A stretch of 10,716 bases of DNA from Candidatus Micrarchaeota archaeon (GCA_038046605.1 JBBSVW010000061.1:1-10716), one strand, 5' to 3'. Shown: positions 1 to 9,038, counted from the first letter of the stretch. Notes: generated by a model from the sequence alone, not told the origin. A program made the numbers and translations.

Positions 1-280
1 AGCAGGCAGAGCTAGAATTTACGCTTTTCGGTGAGTTACAAAACTAACCCGTTACGAAATAATCAAAAACTGCTGCAATATTTTTGATCTAAATGAATAT
101 TCAAGTTTAATGCATCAAGCAAAATCAATATGCCCTGATCCGGATGACATCCAATATTTTGCCCTGGCCTTGAAATTAGGCTGCCCCATCTGGTCAAACG
201 ACAAGGCGCTTAAGGAGCAAAATACCGTTGAAGTGATTTCTACAGGAGAATTAATTGATAATTTGGCAAAATCCGCTTAA
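1..280 (+). pseudogene. 3' part of a PIN-domain (VapC-like) nuclease gene with its reading frame interrupted near 27-55
   Basis: Manual translation of frame 2 (35-280) gives ...EIIKNCCNIFDLNEYSSLMHQAKSICPDPDDIQYFALALKLGCPIWSNDKALKEQNTVEVISTGELIDNLAKSA*. The DPDD..Y.ALAL...CPIWSNDK.L motif is typical of archaeal PIN proteins. Frame 2 has TGA at 32-34, while frame 3 (QAELEFTLF...) looks like the upstream continuation. The 5' end is outside the window. Confidence 0.75.
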
Positions 281-319
281 TGGAAAAACAGCGGTATTTT
301 TGGGAACGATATTAAACCA

Positions 320-3300
320 TTAGACTTTAGCTTCCGCAACTGCAACCTGCCTATCCTCTGAGCCGGGGGATCCTGTTTTTGCCTCCGAAATTGCAACTTG
401 CTTTTCCGCAAGCTCAACTTCCACGAGCTGGGAGGAGCCCTTTATCATGCTCACCCCAATGAGGCAGTCCGCATTCTTGTAGGTCATCTGGTTGTGGGTG
501 ACGCATAGGATTTGGGAGCTTTTGCCTATTTCCTTCACAAGAAGGGCAAGCTTGCGGGAATTTTCCATATCGAGGGCGGCATCCGCCTCATCCAGGATGT
601 AGAGGGAGGAGGGGTTGTAGGATTGGATGGCGAAGAGGAACAGGATTGCGATGAGGGATTTTTCGCCTCCGGACATGAGCTCGAGGTATTTTACCTCCTT
701 GTTTTCGATTTGCGCCTTTATTGTTAAGCCCCCTTCAAGGGGATTTGCCTCGTTTTCCAGGAAAAGCGTTCCCTTGCCCTTGAAAATTTGGGAAAATAGG
801 GCCATGAAATTCTGGTTGACGGAATGGTAAGCGCCCATGAATGTTGCAATTTTCTTTCCCTCGATTGCTTTTATCATATCGAGGATTGCCTGCTTTTCAT
901 TTGCAAGCTGCCGCACTTTCAATTTCTGCTCATCCAAATCCTTTGCGCGTATCTCGTATTCATCAATTGCCTTGAGGTTAACCGTTCCAATTGAAGTGAT
1001 TTCCTCTTCGGAGGCTTTGATTTTGAACATCAATTCCGCCTTATCGGAGATATTAAGAAGCTCCACCTGCCCATATTTGGAAAATTCGGTTTTGAGGTTG
1101 GTGAGGTTGGTTTCTGATACCGCCCTTGCAACATCGCGCTTTTGCTTTTCACCAACAATTTTCTCGCGCTCGAATTCCCATTTGCCCTTTTGGGTTGAAA
1201 TTTTGTAAACTGAAGAGTCAAGGCGCTCCCGTTCCTCAATCAAATCTTTTAGCGCGCCTGAAACTAATTTTAATTCCTCGTTTTTCGCATTCACAAGTTT
1301 TGCGCTATCCTTTATCACTTGATCGGATTTTGCAATTTCGGCTTTTGCAGTTTTGATCTCCTCCTTGAAATCATTTTCCATTTTCTCGAGGTTTTTCCAT
1401 TCCCGTTCATAAGCAGCGTATTGCGTGTTTTGCGAATCAAGCCTATTTTGGTAATCGCTCATCTGGAATTTGAGGTCGGCAAGCCGCTTTTCCTTCTCTT
1501 TTAGGGCGATCCCAAAGTTCTGCTCCTTTTCGACATCGATTTTGGATTTAAGCTCAAGAGAAAGGATGTTGAGTTCGGAAAGCTTCCTTACAAGCGCGCT
1601 TTTATCCTCATCGAATTTTTCAATTTGCTTTTGCGAATCCTCGATTTCATCCTGGAGGGCCTTGAGCGCATCCCTCACATTCTTGGTTTTCTCATCGTAA
1701 TCGCGTTCCAGCTTGTCGTAATTTTGGATTTCAAGCTCTATTGCACGAATTTTGACTTCGAATTCGGCCTTTTTCTTTCGTTCAATTCCCATCTTTTCCT
1801 GCGATGAGTAAAGCTCCCCAAGGAGCGCCTCCTTGCCTAATTTGAGCTGCTGCACCTGCTTTTCATATCCTTCCAGCTGCTCCTTCATCTTCTGGAAATT
1901 CACGCGCTCCTGGAAGGAGCCTCCCGTCACCAAGCCGGCCTGCTCAACTAATTCGCCATCCATCGTGACAAGGCGGGATTTTCCAATGAGGAGCTCAGAT
2001 TCCCTTAGCGATTTTGCAAGAAGAGTATTTCCAAGCACATATTTCATGGCTTTTTGGTATTGCTTATCAAATTGCACTAAATTTAGGAGAAACCCAAGGG
2101 CGCCTTTTTCCTTATCCAGGGAAAGTTCATCCTTGTTTAACTCGAATGGCTTGATTTTGTCAAGTGGAATAAATGAGACACGGCCAAGTTTGCGGGCTTT
2201 TAGGGAATCAATAAGTTTTTCTGCGACCTTTACGCCATCAACAACAACATAATTGAGCCTCCCGCCAACTGCGACCTGGATTGGAAGGGCATATTTGGCG
2301 TCGTATTCGATTAGTTCCTCGACTGTTCCATGAATTCCTCCAATTGTTGCCTTTTGCTCCAAAACGAATTGCACTCCGCGCGAAATTTCCGCCTCCTTGG
2401 AATGCTGGAGCCGGGTCATGATTTCGGTGCTTTTTATTTTGGCTGTAAGGAGCTCTTTTTCACTTTCCGCAATTTGCTTGTTGAGCGCTTTTTCGGAATT
2501 GAACAAGTCATCGAGGGATTTGGAAATGCCTGAAAGTTCGCTTTGGTGCTTCTTTTTTGCCTCCTCCGCCAATTTCCTCTTTTCCGAATAATCCTCCCTT
2601 CCCCCTTGGCGAAGGCGCTTCATCTCATTTTCCTTCAAATGGGAAATTTCCACAAGGCTTCCGGATTTTGCCTGTATCGCATTCAGCTCCTCCTTTATTT
2701 TTAGCATTTGCGCCTGCGCATCATCATAGCCCTTTTTGCTCTTGAAGAAATCCTGCGAGAATTTGTTGCTTTCCTTGGTTACGGCATCGACCTTGCGCTG
2801 CTCCTCCTTCAAAATTTCATCGATGGCCTTGATTTCGGATTTGATTTCCGTAATTTTCGAAAGCGTTCCCTTCACTTCATCGTGCGCGCGCATCTTTTCC
2901 AGCTGCATTGCGGCAATTTTTTCATCATTCTTCTTGAGGAGGGATTTTTTCTCATCGATTTGGGCGCGGTTGCGCTCGATTTCCCCCCTGAAATTTTCGA
3001 TTTCCTTTTCCAGGACAAGCTGCTTCCCTTCACTGCGCTCCGATATTTTCCGGTGGACCTCGTCCTTTTTAGCCTGCAATTCCTTGACCTGATCGTCGAG
3101 CTTGTTCATTTCCGCAACTATTTGCTCATTCTTGGAATTGAGGTCGACCATCGAGTTGATGGCGTTCTCGAATTCGATTTCAACTGCCTTTAGGTCGATT
3201 GAAAGAAGCGTTGCTTTGTAGGCATCAAGCTCATGCACCAAATGCAAATAGCGGTCCGCATCTGCCTTGTCCTTTTTTAGCTGCTCAAGAAGGCCGTCGC

Positions 3301-3847
3301 GCTCCCCTAAAATTACAGAAGCCTCCTTTAACCGATCATCCACTTTCCCTAGTTCAAAGAGTGATTCCTTCTTTTTTTCCTCGTATTCGAGAACGTTTGC
3401 GATGTTGTCAACAAGGGTCCTGCGATCCCTCGAATTCATCTCGACTATTTGCTGCACCTGGCCTTGCTGGATGATGTTGTATGTGCTGATTCCATGCGAG
3501 CGAAGGAAATCCTCAATCACATATTTGTGCACATGCCTTCCGTTCATGCGGTAGCGGATCTTCCCATCGCTCCTAATTGCCCTGCTGACAACAACCTTTT
3601 CGCCCTTCCCATCTGAGAGGGAAAGGTTCACCTCGGCGATTTTGGAGTGGGTGTGGATTAGGTCTATTGTTTTCTTTGCGCGAAGGGCGCGAATGCGGCT
3701 TTCCCCAAGCGCAAAAAGTATGGCATCAACGATGTTGCTCTTGCCTGAGCCATTTGGGCCTATGACTCCGTTGAAGCCTTTGACTAGGTGGATGCGCGCA
3801 TCCTTGAATGATTTGAAATTCCTAAGCTCTACGGATTCGACGAACAT
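320..3847 (-). CDS. smc: Chromosome segregation protein SMC
   Basis: 1175 aa. N-terminal NFKSF and Walker A GPNGSGKSN, Q-loop IIQQGQ, long coiled coils, hinge with G-x6-G-x3-GG (GELVEQAGLVTGG), signature MSGGEKS, Walker B/D-loop YILDEADAALD, H-loop VTH. Confidence 0.97.
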   Translation of the reverse strand: MFVESVELRNFKSFKDARIHLVKGFNGVIGPNGSGKSNIVDAILFALGESRIRALRAKKTIDLIHTHSKIAEVNLSLSDGKGEKVVVSRAIRSDGKIRYRMNGRHVHKYVIEDFLRSHGISTYNIIQQGQVQQIVEMNSRDRRTLVDNIANVLEYEEKKKESLFELGKVDDRLKEASVILGERDGLLEQLKKDKADADRYLHLVHELDAYKATLLSIDLKAVEIEFENAINSMVDLNSKNEQIVAEMNKLDDQVKELQAKKDEVHRKISERSEGKQLVLEKEIENFRGEIERNRAQIDEKKSLLKKNDEKIAAMQLEKMRAHDEVKGTLSKITEIKSEIKAIDEILKEEQRKVDAVTKESNKFSQDFFKSKKGYDDAQAQMLKIKEELNAIQAKSGSLVEISHLKENEMKRLRQGGREDYSEKRKLAEEAKKKHQSELSGISKSLDDLFNSEKALNKQIAESEKELLTAKIKSTEIMTRLQHSKEAEISRGVQFVLEQKATIGGIHGTVEELIEYDAKYALPIQVAVGGRLNYVVVDGVKVAEKLIDSLKARKLGRVSFIPLDKIKPFELNKDELSLDKEKGALGFLLNLVQFDKQYQKAMKYVLGNTLLAKSLRESELLIGKSRLVTMDGELVEQAGLVTGGSFQERVNFQKMKEQLEGYEKQVQQLKLGKEALLGELYSSQEKMGIERKKKAEFEVKIRAIELEIQNYDKLERDYDEKTKNVRDALKALQDEIEDSQKQIEKFDEDKSALVRKLSELNILSLELKSKIDVEKEQNFGIALKEKEKRLADLKFQMSDYQNRLDSQNTQYAAYEREWKNLEKMENDFKEEIKTAKAEIAKSDQVIKDSAKLVNAKNEELKLVSGALKDLIEERERLDSSVYKISTQKGKWEFEREKIVGEKQKRDVARAVSETNLTNLKTEFSKYGQVELLNISDKAELMFKIKASEEEITSIGTVNLKAIDEYEIRAKDLDEQKLKVRQLANEKQAILDMIKAIEGKKIATFMGAYHSVNQNFMALFSQIFKGKGTLFLENEANPLEGGLTIKAQIENKEVKYLELMSGGEKSLIAILFLFAIQSYNPSSLYILDEADAALDMENSRKLALLVKEIGKSSQILCVTHNQMTYKNADCLIGVSMIKGSSQLVEVELAEKQVAISEAKTGSPGSEDRQVAVAEAKV

Positions 3848-3982
3848 AAGGCGCTCACAAAATGGGTTGCAAAATATTACGCAAGAGGGTTTAAAAGTGG
3901 TTTACATCGCTTAAACGCATGAAAAGTGAATAAAATCAGATACCCGGCGGAATTGAAATAAAGAAAATAATCCTTTTTTAGC

Positions 3983-5332
3983 CTATGCCCCAAAAAGGAG
4001 GTTTTTGGCTAGGTAAAGCATGAGCGCAACGCAGGAAAGAAGGCCGATAAGCGCCCTGAATCTGCTTAAATGCTCCATTAGCCCATTTTTTCGCTTCATC
4101 ATGAATGCAGATAGGTTTGTGACAGCGTAATATCCCAGCAAGCCAAGGCTGCTCATCTCAATTATCTGCCTGAAATCAACAAAGAGGGCAAGGAGGGCCA
4201 TTAGAATTGCAGATGAGAGGATGGCAACATAGGGAGTGCCATATTTGGAGTGGATTTTTGAAAGGAAGGCAGGAAGCTGGCTGTTCCTTGCCATGGAATA
4301 GGCAATTCTTGAAATTCCCAGAATTTCGGTTAAAAGTACTGATGCGGTAGCCGCAAGGGCGCCTATTGCCACCAAAATGACCGCGTACCTGCTGCCTGCA
4401 AGGGAAATCGCCTCCGCAATTGGCGCTTTGGAAAGCGAAAGTTTGTCTGCACCAAGCATTCCTATGGAAACAAATCCCGTAAGAAGGTAAATTGCTGTGC
4501 AAACGGTGAGCGCAAGAAGGATAGCCCGGGGGATGGTGGTTTTTGGATTGATTACCTCTTCTGCAATTGTTGCACTCCTTCCAAAGCCTGCAAATGCGAA
4601 GAAAATAATGGCTGCTCCGGAAATGATGCCGCCCAAACCCTTCCCGAGCGGCTCTTCGAAATTATCATACGAGATGCGGCCGATGCCAAAGAGGATGAAA
4701 AAGAGCAGGATTGCTATTTTCATGACAACAAGGGCATCATTCACATAGCTTGAGCGCTTTAATCCGACAATATTCAAAAGCGCCATGATGGCAATAATCC
4801 CAAGGGCGATCATTTTCACATCAAGGCCAGGATATAGGACAACGAAATAGCTCGCAAAGCCTAAACTAACAACGGCGCCACTTACTGTTGTCGATAGTGA
4901 CCAAAGGATGCCATCTATGAATCCGGCTTGGTGGGAAATTACCTTGTAGGCGAATTCGTATTCCCCTCCTTCCTTGGGGATTTGCTTGCTTAATTCTGCG
5001 TAGCCTAGGGCGGTGATGTAGGAGATTGCGCCAGCAAGAAGGAGTGAATAAATAAGACCGGAACCCGCAACGCTCGCCGCAACCCCAATCACAACGAAAA
5101 TGCCAGCGCCGATGATTGCGCCCATATCTATCGCAGTGGCATCGTAAAGGCCAAGGACGCGCTTAAGCTTGCCATTTTCACCCGATGCAATTGATAATGG
5201 GGAATTTACGGCGTTTTTTGGGGCCGGATCGACCTTTTCAATTAATAATCCTGCAGGAGTGCTTTCTTTATATTGGGGTTTGAATTTTGCCGTTGCTTTG
5301 GCTAGTCCTTTACGTTTTCCTTTTGTGGGCAT
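3983..5332 (-). CDS. APC-superfamily amino acid permease
   Basis: 449 aa with about 12 hydrophobic segments. Motifs LKRVLGL...GAIIGAGIF (TM1), YAEL...P.EGG.Y, FAFAGF...AEEV.NP...IPRAI, SRIAYSMAR...LP.FL.KIH.KYGTPY. The exact start is uncertain because of a basic N-terminal extension. Confidence 0.93.
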   Translation of the reverse strand: MPTKGKRKGLAKATAKFKPQYKESTPAGLLIEKVDPAPKNAVNSPLSIASGENGKLKRVLGLYDATAIDMGAIIGAGIFVVIGVAASVAGSGLIYSLLLAGAISYITALGYAELSKQIPKEGGEYEFAYKVISHQAGFIDGILWSLSTTVSGAVVSLGFASYFVVLYPGLDVKMIALGIIAIMALLNIVGLKRSSYVNDALVVMKIAILLFFILFGIGRISYDNFEEPLGKGLGGIISGAAIIFFAFAGFGRSATIAEEVINPKTTIPRAILLALTVCTAIYLLTGFVSIGMLGADKLSLSKAPIAEAISLAGSRYAVILVAIGALAATASVLLTEILGISRIAYSMARNSQLPAFLSKIHSKYGTPYVAILSSAILMALLALFVDFRQIIEMSSLGLLGYYAVTNLSAFMMKRKNGLMEHLSRFRALIGLLSCVALMLYLAKNLLFGA

Positions 5333-5466
5333 GGAATTGTAAAGCGCTTGCGGTATAAATAGATTTTCTTGCTTTGGGCAAAGTGATTTAAACCAAAAAA
5401 GAGAAGTAATATTCGGGCGGTAGATGGAGAGCCAAATGGGATCGCCTTGAATTTTAGAGAGTTTTT

Positions 5467-6507
5467 ATGGTGCTTGATGCTTCCACATACAACCTTGTGC
5501 TTACCCCTGAGTCCGCGCTTTCCATGATACAAAAGGAAATTGCGCACCGGGGCTGGAAGAAATTCGAGGTGGAGGAGGTCCGGCTGATTTACACCCCATT
5601 TTACATGTTCTCATTTGATGTGAAGGCAGAAGGCGGAGCGCCCCCGATTACGGGGAAAGCGGCGATCAATGCGTATAATGGGGATATTTCAGATTTGATA
5701 CCTTACATCATTGATAGACCGCTCACCAAAACCAAAAATCCCTCAGAAGGCGGGGAAATTGAGGAGACGGCAATATCAATGGCGGAGGCAAAAGAGGCTA
5801 CGAAAGATAAGATTGCTGCGCAAACTGGATTGAAGCGCGAAAGCGTTTCGGTTTCCGCGTTTGTAAAAGTTTACATCCCATTCTTTAGAATTTGGCTTGA
5901 GGCGGCGCACCAACCCATAAAGGTGGATGTGGATGCGCTTATGGGAACGCCCCTGGGATTGGAGGGATTGCATGAGCGCGAGAAAACATGGGGAGAAGCC
6001 ACAAGTGAAACGCTAAGCCGACTGAAAACGCCCCAAGGATGGGTTGATTTGAGCGGAAAATTGATTGGTTCGCTTACTGGTGGTGGAGGGGGAGGGCACG
6101 TTGGCGGGGATCATGGGAGAAGCGATGGTCACGGAGATGGCGGGCAGGGGGGAGGAGCTGGCGGAATTGCCGGAACCGGCTTCCAATCGCGGTGGCTAAT
6201 TCTGATTGTTGCAATTGGGGCGCTTGCATATTTTGCGTTTTTGCAGCCATCATCCGGAATCAAATGCACCGGTGAAATTACCCAGTATAAAAACGAATGC
6301 ATGCTTTCCGGAATTTGCACTTACTCATTGAAGAACAATGCCGAATTGCCAGTTGGGGAAATTAAACAGGTTTTTGTGAAGGATGGGAAAGATACGCTAT
6401 TTGATACCTACACTAATGTCGTTTTCGAATCAACGCAAGAGCCCTTTGAGGTCACTTTTGAACCAAAGGGGAAGGAATGCAGGCAGTACACGTGGGGATA
6501 CTCCTAA
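5467..6507 (+). CDS. Hypothetical membrane-anchored protein: two PepSY-like repeats, Gly/His linker, one TM helix, Cys-containing C-terminal domain
   Basis: 346 aa ORF divergent from the permease. Internal repeat LIYTPFYMF...AAINAYNG / KVYIPFFRI...VDVDALMG; linker GGGGGGHVGGDHGRSDGHGDGGQGGGAGG; TM WLILIVAIGALAYFAFL; 4 Cys after the TM. Confidence 0.8.
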   Translation: MVLDASTYNLVLTPESALSMIQKEIAHRGWKKFEVEEVRLIYTPFYMFSFDVKAEGGAPPITGKAAINAYNGDISDLIPYIIDRPLTKTKNPSEGGEIEETAISMAEAKEATKDKIAAQTGLKRESVSVSAFVKVYIPFFRIWLEAAHQPIKVDVDALMGTPLGLEGLHEREKTWGEATSETLSRLKTPQGWVDLSGKLIGSLTGGGGGGHVGGDHGRSDGHGDGGQGGGAGGIAGTGFQSRWLILIVAIGALAYFAFLQPSSGIKCTGEITQYKNECMLSGICTYSLKNNAELPVGEIKQVFVKDGKDTLFDTYTNVVFESTQEPFEVTFEPKGKECRQYTWGYS

Positions 6508-6565
6508 TTAAAGTTGATTTTTTCTAATTTTAGCCTTGTAAATCTGTTCTATTGATGATCACACT

Positions 6566-7771
6566 ATGGTAAAATGCGCCAATTGTTCTAAGGAAGCAGT
6601 TGTAAGGCTTAGTTACAACAAGACCGACCTTTGCGGGAATTGCTTTTGCGACCTGTTTGAAAATCGGGTGAAATCGGCTAACCGTGATTTCAAGTTGATT
6701 ACTCTAAATCAGAAGGTAGGGGTCGGGGTTTCGGGGGGGAAGGATTCGGCGGCATTGCTTTATGTGCTCTCCCATATTGTGAAAAATATCCACGGAACCA
6801 CGCTTATTCCAATTCTGATTGATGAGGGGATTTCTGGCTATAGGGATCAAGCGATTTTGAAAGCTAGGGAATTATGCGATTCGCTGGATTTGCAACTTCG
6901 CATTTTTTCCTACAAGGATGGGTTCAAACTTTCAATGGATGAAATCATGAAGATGAAAAAGGCAAATCCTACAGGAGGTTATGAGAGGAGCTGCACATAT
7001 TGCGGGGTATTCCGGAAAACTCTTCTGAATAAGGCGGCACTTGAGCTGGGATGCGATACACTTGCAATTGGGCATAATGCGGATGACATCGCGCAAACTT
7101 TTTTGATGAATTTATTGCATAATGAGCCGGATCGATTGAAGCGCTTTGATGTGATAAACGATGAGGTGGAGGGATTTGTTCCCCGCATAAAGCCTCTCAT
7201 TTACAACCTGGAAAAGGAGGCAGCGCTTTACTGCGAGCTTAAGGAGCTCCCATATCACAGGGGCGAATGCCCGTATTCCAATGAGAGCTTCCGTGGCGAA
7301 ATCAAGAACTTTTTGAATGGATTGGAGCAAAAATTCCCGGGAGTGAAATTCAATCTTTTACGCTCATATTTGGCAATGAGGAAAGAATTGGAGAAGGCCT
7401 CAAATTTTGAGAGGATGTTTCCCAATGGCGAAGGCTTCGAGGATATGGAAATGTTCATCAAAGCAGTTGGAATGGCAGATCCGTCACTTAAAATCGCTGG
7501 ATTTTCGGATGATGCGCCTTCAAAATCAAAAAATGAATATTCTAATGATACGGAACCGCAAATATCAGGATCCAAGCACGATTTAAGCCATAAAATTTCA
7601 TTCAAGAAAAGCACGGCTTCAAAATACCAAAAATGCAAAAACTGCGGCCAGAACTCCTCCACGGGCCTATGCAAGGCGTGCTCTTTTATAGAAAGCATAA
7701 ACGAAAAAAGGAACTCTGCCAATGGGGATTTGAATAAACCTAAAAGGGCTAAATCGGCGATGAAAAAGTGA
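6566..7771 (+). CDS. TtuA/NcsA (Ncs6/Ctu1-like, TIGR00269-type) tRNA 2-thiolation protein
   Basis: N-terminal Zn finger CANC...CGNC, PP-loop SGGKDS, CTYCG, GHNADD, RIKPL, ECPY, C-terminal Zn finger CKNC...CKAC. Confidence 0.93.
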   Translation: MVKCANCSKEAVVRLSYNKTDLCGNCFCDLFENRVKSANRDFKLITLNQKVGVGVSGGKDSAALLYVLSHIVKNIHGTTLIPILIDEGISGYRDQAILKARELCDSLDLQLRIFSYKDGFKLSMDEIMKMKKANPTGGYERSCTYCGVFRKTLLNKAALELGCDTLAIGHNADDIAQTFLMNLLHNEPDRLKRFDVINDEVEGFVPRIKPLIYNLEKEAALYCELKELPYHRGECPYSNESFRGEIKNFLNGLEQKFPGVKFNLLRSYLAMRKELEKASNFERMFPNGEGFEDMEMFIKAVGMADPSLKIAGFSDDAPSKSKNEYSNDTEPQISGSKHDLSHKISFKKSTASKYQKCKNCGQNSSTGLCKACSFIESINEKRNSANGDLNKPKRAKSAMKK

Positions 7772-8616
7772 AAATTAGCCAAATCCATCTTGCCCAATTA
7801 TTGCTCCTTAGCATCGCCATCATCTGGGGCGTCACATTCGTTGTGAACAAGGATGCGCTTGCCTATGTAGATGCGTTCACGCTGGTTGGAAGCAGGTTTT
7901 TCCTGGCATTCATAATAATGGGCGCCTATTTGGTGGCAAAAGGGATTAGGATAGGCAGGAAAGAATTGGAATCTGGGCTTGTGCTTGGCGTTTTGCTCTT
8001 CATTTCATTTACAACCCAAACATATGGGCTTAATTTCACAACCCCCGCAAGGAGCGCATTCATAACGGGCCTATTTGTCGTGCTAGTGCCGGCGATTTTT
8101 TTCCTTTTGGGGGGAAAGGTTAGGAAAAGGGAACTGCTTGCGGCAATTATTGCTTTTGCGGGCTTATTTGTGCTAACCTACCAGCCGGGATTTGAAATAA
8201 ATTTCGGGGAGGCACTTACACTCATATGCGCGGTTGCTTATGCAACGCATATTGTGTACATGGGAAAATATGTCAGGAAAATACGCCCATTGCCCCTTGT
8301 TGTCGTGCAATTTGGAGTAGTTGCGGTTTTGGGCTTTCTATTAGCATATGCTAGCGGCACCGCCTTCTTTTCAGCCGGAGCAATAACCCCAATTGTCCTC
8401 CTAACAATATTTGCAACCATTTATGCGTTTTTCGGGCAGGCATGGGCGCAGCAAAAACTCACGGAAACCCAAACCGGAATCATTTTCACAATTGAGCCAA
8501 TTTCAGCTGGCCTTCTTTCGGTTTTGCTTGGGATTGAGGTGTTTTCAACCCAGCAAATTGCGGGCTCGGTGCTTATTTTGGCGGGGATCTTCCTTGCTTC
8601 GGTAAAAAAGAATTAA
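7768..8616 (+). CDS. EamA/DMT family transporter
   Basis: 282 aa with about 10 TM segments. Motifs IWGVTF...K.AL, Q..GL.FTT.ARSAFITGL.VVLVP, GEALTL.CA..YA.HI, IIFTIEPI.A. The GTG start overlaps the thiolase stop (GTGA 7768-7771), suggesting translational coupling. Confidence 0.93.
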   Translation: MKISQIHLAQLLLLSIAIIWGVTFVVNKDALAYVDAFTLVGSRFFLAFIIMGAYLVAKGIRIGRKELESGLVLGVLLFISFTTQTYGLNFTTPARSAFITGLFVVLVPAIFFLLGGKVRKRELLAAIIAFAGLFVLTYQPGFEINFGEALTLICAVAYATHIVYMGKYVRKIRPLPLVVVQFGVVAVLGFLLAYASGTAFFSAGAITPIVLLTIFATIYAFFGQAWAQQKLTETQTGIIFTIEPISAGLLSVLLGIEVFSTQQIAGSVLILAGIFLASVKKN

Positions 8617-8623
8617 TCTGACT

Positions 8624-8761
8624 TTAAAGCAATTTGCCAGCGATGTAAACGATCAATCCGCTAAACGTAACAAAGCCAAAATTCTTGAGGTCGCGCATTT
8701 GGCTCTCAAGGCGCCTAACCCTGAATTCTAGCTTGATATATCTCATTTGCCAAATGTCCAT
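8624..8761 (-). CDS. Small (45 aa) coiled-coil plus C-terminal TM peptide, not in the ORF track
   Basis: Manual translation MDIWQMRYIKLEFRVRRLESQMRDLKNFGFVTFSGLIVYIAGKLL*. It is preceded by GTGATGATG (SD-like, with alternative starts at 8764/8767/8770). It fills the gap between the upstream peptide gene and the convergent EamA stop. Confidence 0.65.
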   Translation of the reverse strand: MDIWQMRYIKLEFRVRRLESQMRDLKNFGFVTFSGLIVYIAGKLL

Positions 8762-8773
8762 CATCATCACGAT

Positions 8774-8923
8774 TTATCTTAGCTTGAACTTATCAAGCAA
8801 TTTGCTTGCAATTAGGTAAGCCGGCAGCATTGCTAAGAATGCCGCCTCACTTCGGATCAGAAGCACCAATCCGGCGCCAAGGCTTGCAAAAAGCGCTATT
8901 TCAAAATTAGTTTGGCCCCGCAT
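8774..8923 (-). CDS. Small (49 aa) membrane peptide with class III (pilin-type) signal motif
   Basis: From ATG 8923: MRG/QTNFEIALFASLGAGLVLL... This has [KR]G-Q, Glu at +5 and a hydrophobic stretch. TATA-like TTTATATA lies about 30 nt upstream on the minus strand. I prefer this start over the track's 8983. Confidence 0.65.
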   Translation of the reverse strand: MRGQTNFEIALFASLGAGLVLLIRSEAAFLAMLPAYLIASKLLDKFKLR

Positions 8924-8952
8924 ATTAACCACAATCCTTGATAAATGGGGTT

Positions 8953-8962
8953 CTATATAAAT
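8953..8962. promoter_or_regulatory. Probable archaeal TATA box(es) between the divergent peptide operon and tRNA gene
   Basis: CTATATAAAT reads as a TATA element on both strands. It lies about 30 nt from ATG 8923 (-) and about 40 nt from tRNA start 9002 (+). Confidence 0.5.
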
Positions 8963-9038
8963 ATTGGGTTGATGAAATATCAACTGGAAGTTAATTGGAA
9001 TGGGCTCGTAGTCGAGTGGTAAGACGTCAGTTTCACAC

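Noticed and set aside
31-56. Spliceosomal-looking GTGAGT...ACTAAC in the PIN insert
   Set aside because: The context is archaeal, there is no 3' AG and the long genes are intron-free. Treated as coincidence; the insert itself is reported.
512-3914. Numerous plus-strand ORFs within smc
   Set aside because: Antisense shadows of a long coiled-coil gene with no independent motifs.
4176-8605. Short alternative-frame or antisense ORFs inside the permease, hypothetical, thiolase and EamA genes (e.g. 7255..7797 -, 5302..5547 -)
   Set aside because: They overlap well-supported genes, wholly or at both ends, and lack recognisable features.
9027-9038. Alternative reading of the anticodon as TTC (Glu) or TCA (Sec/suppressor)
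   Set aside because: The stem TCAGT/ACTGA fixes a 7-nt loop TT-CAC-AC. A73 and the acceptor stem fit Val, and there is no long variable arm.
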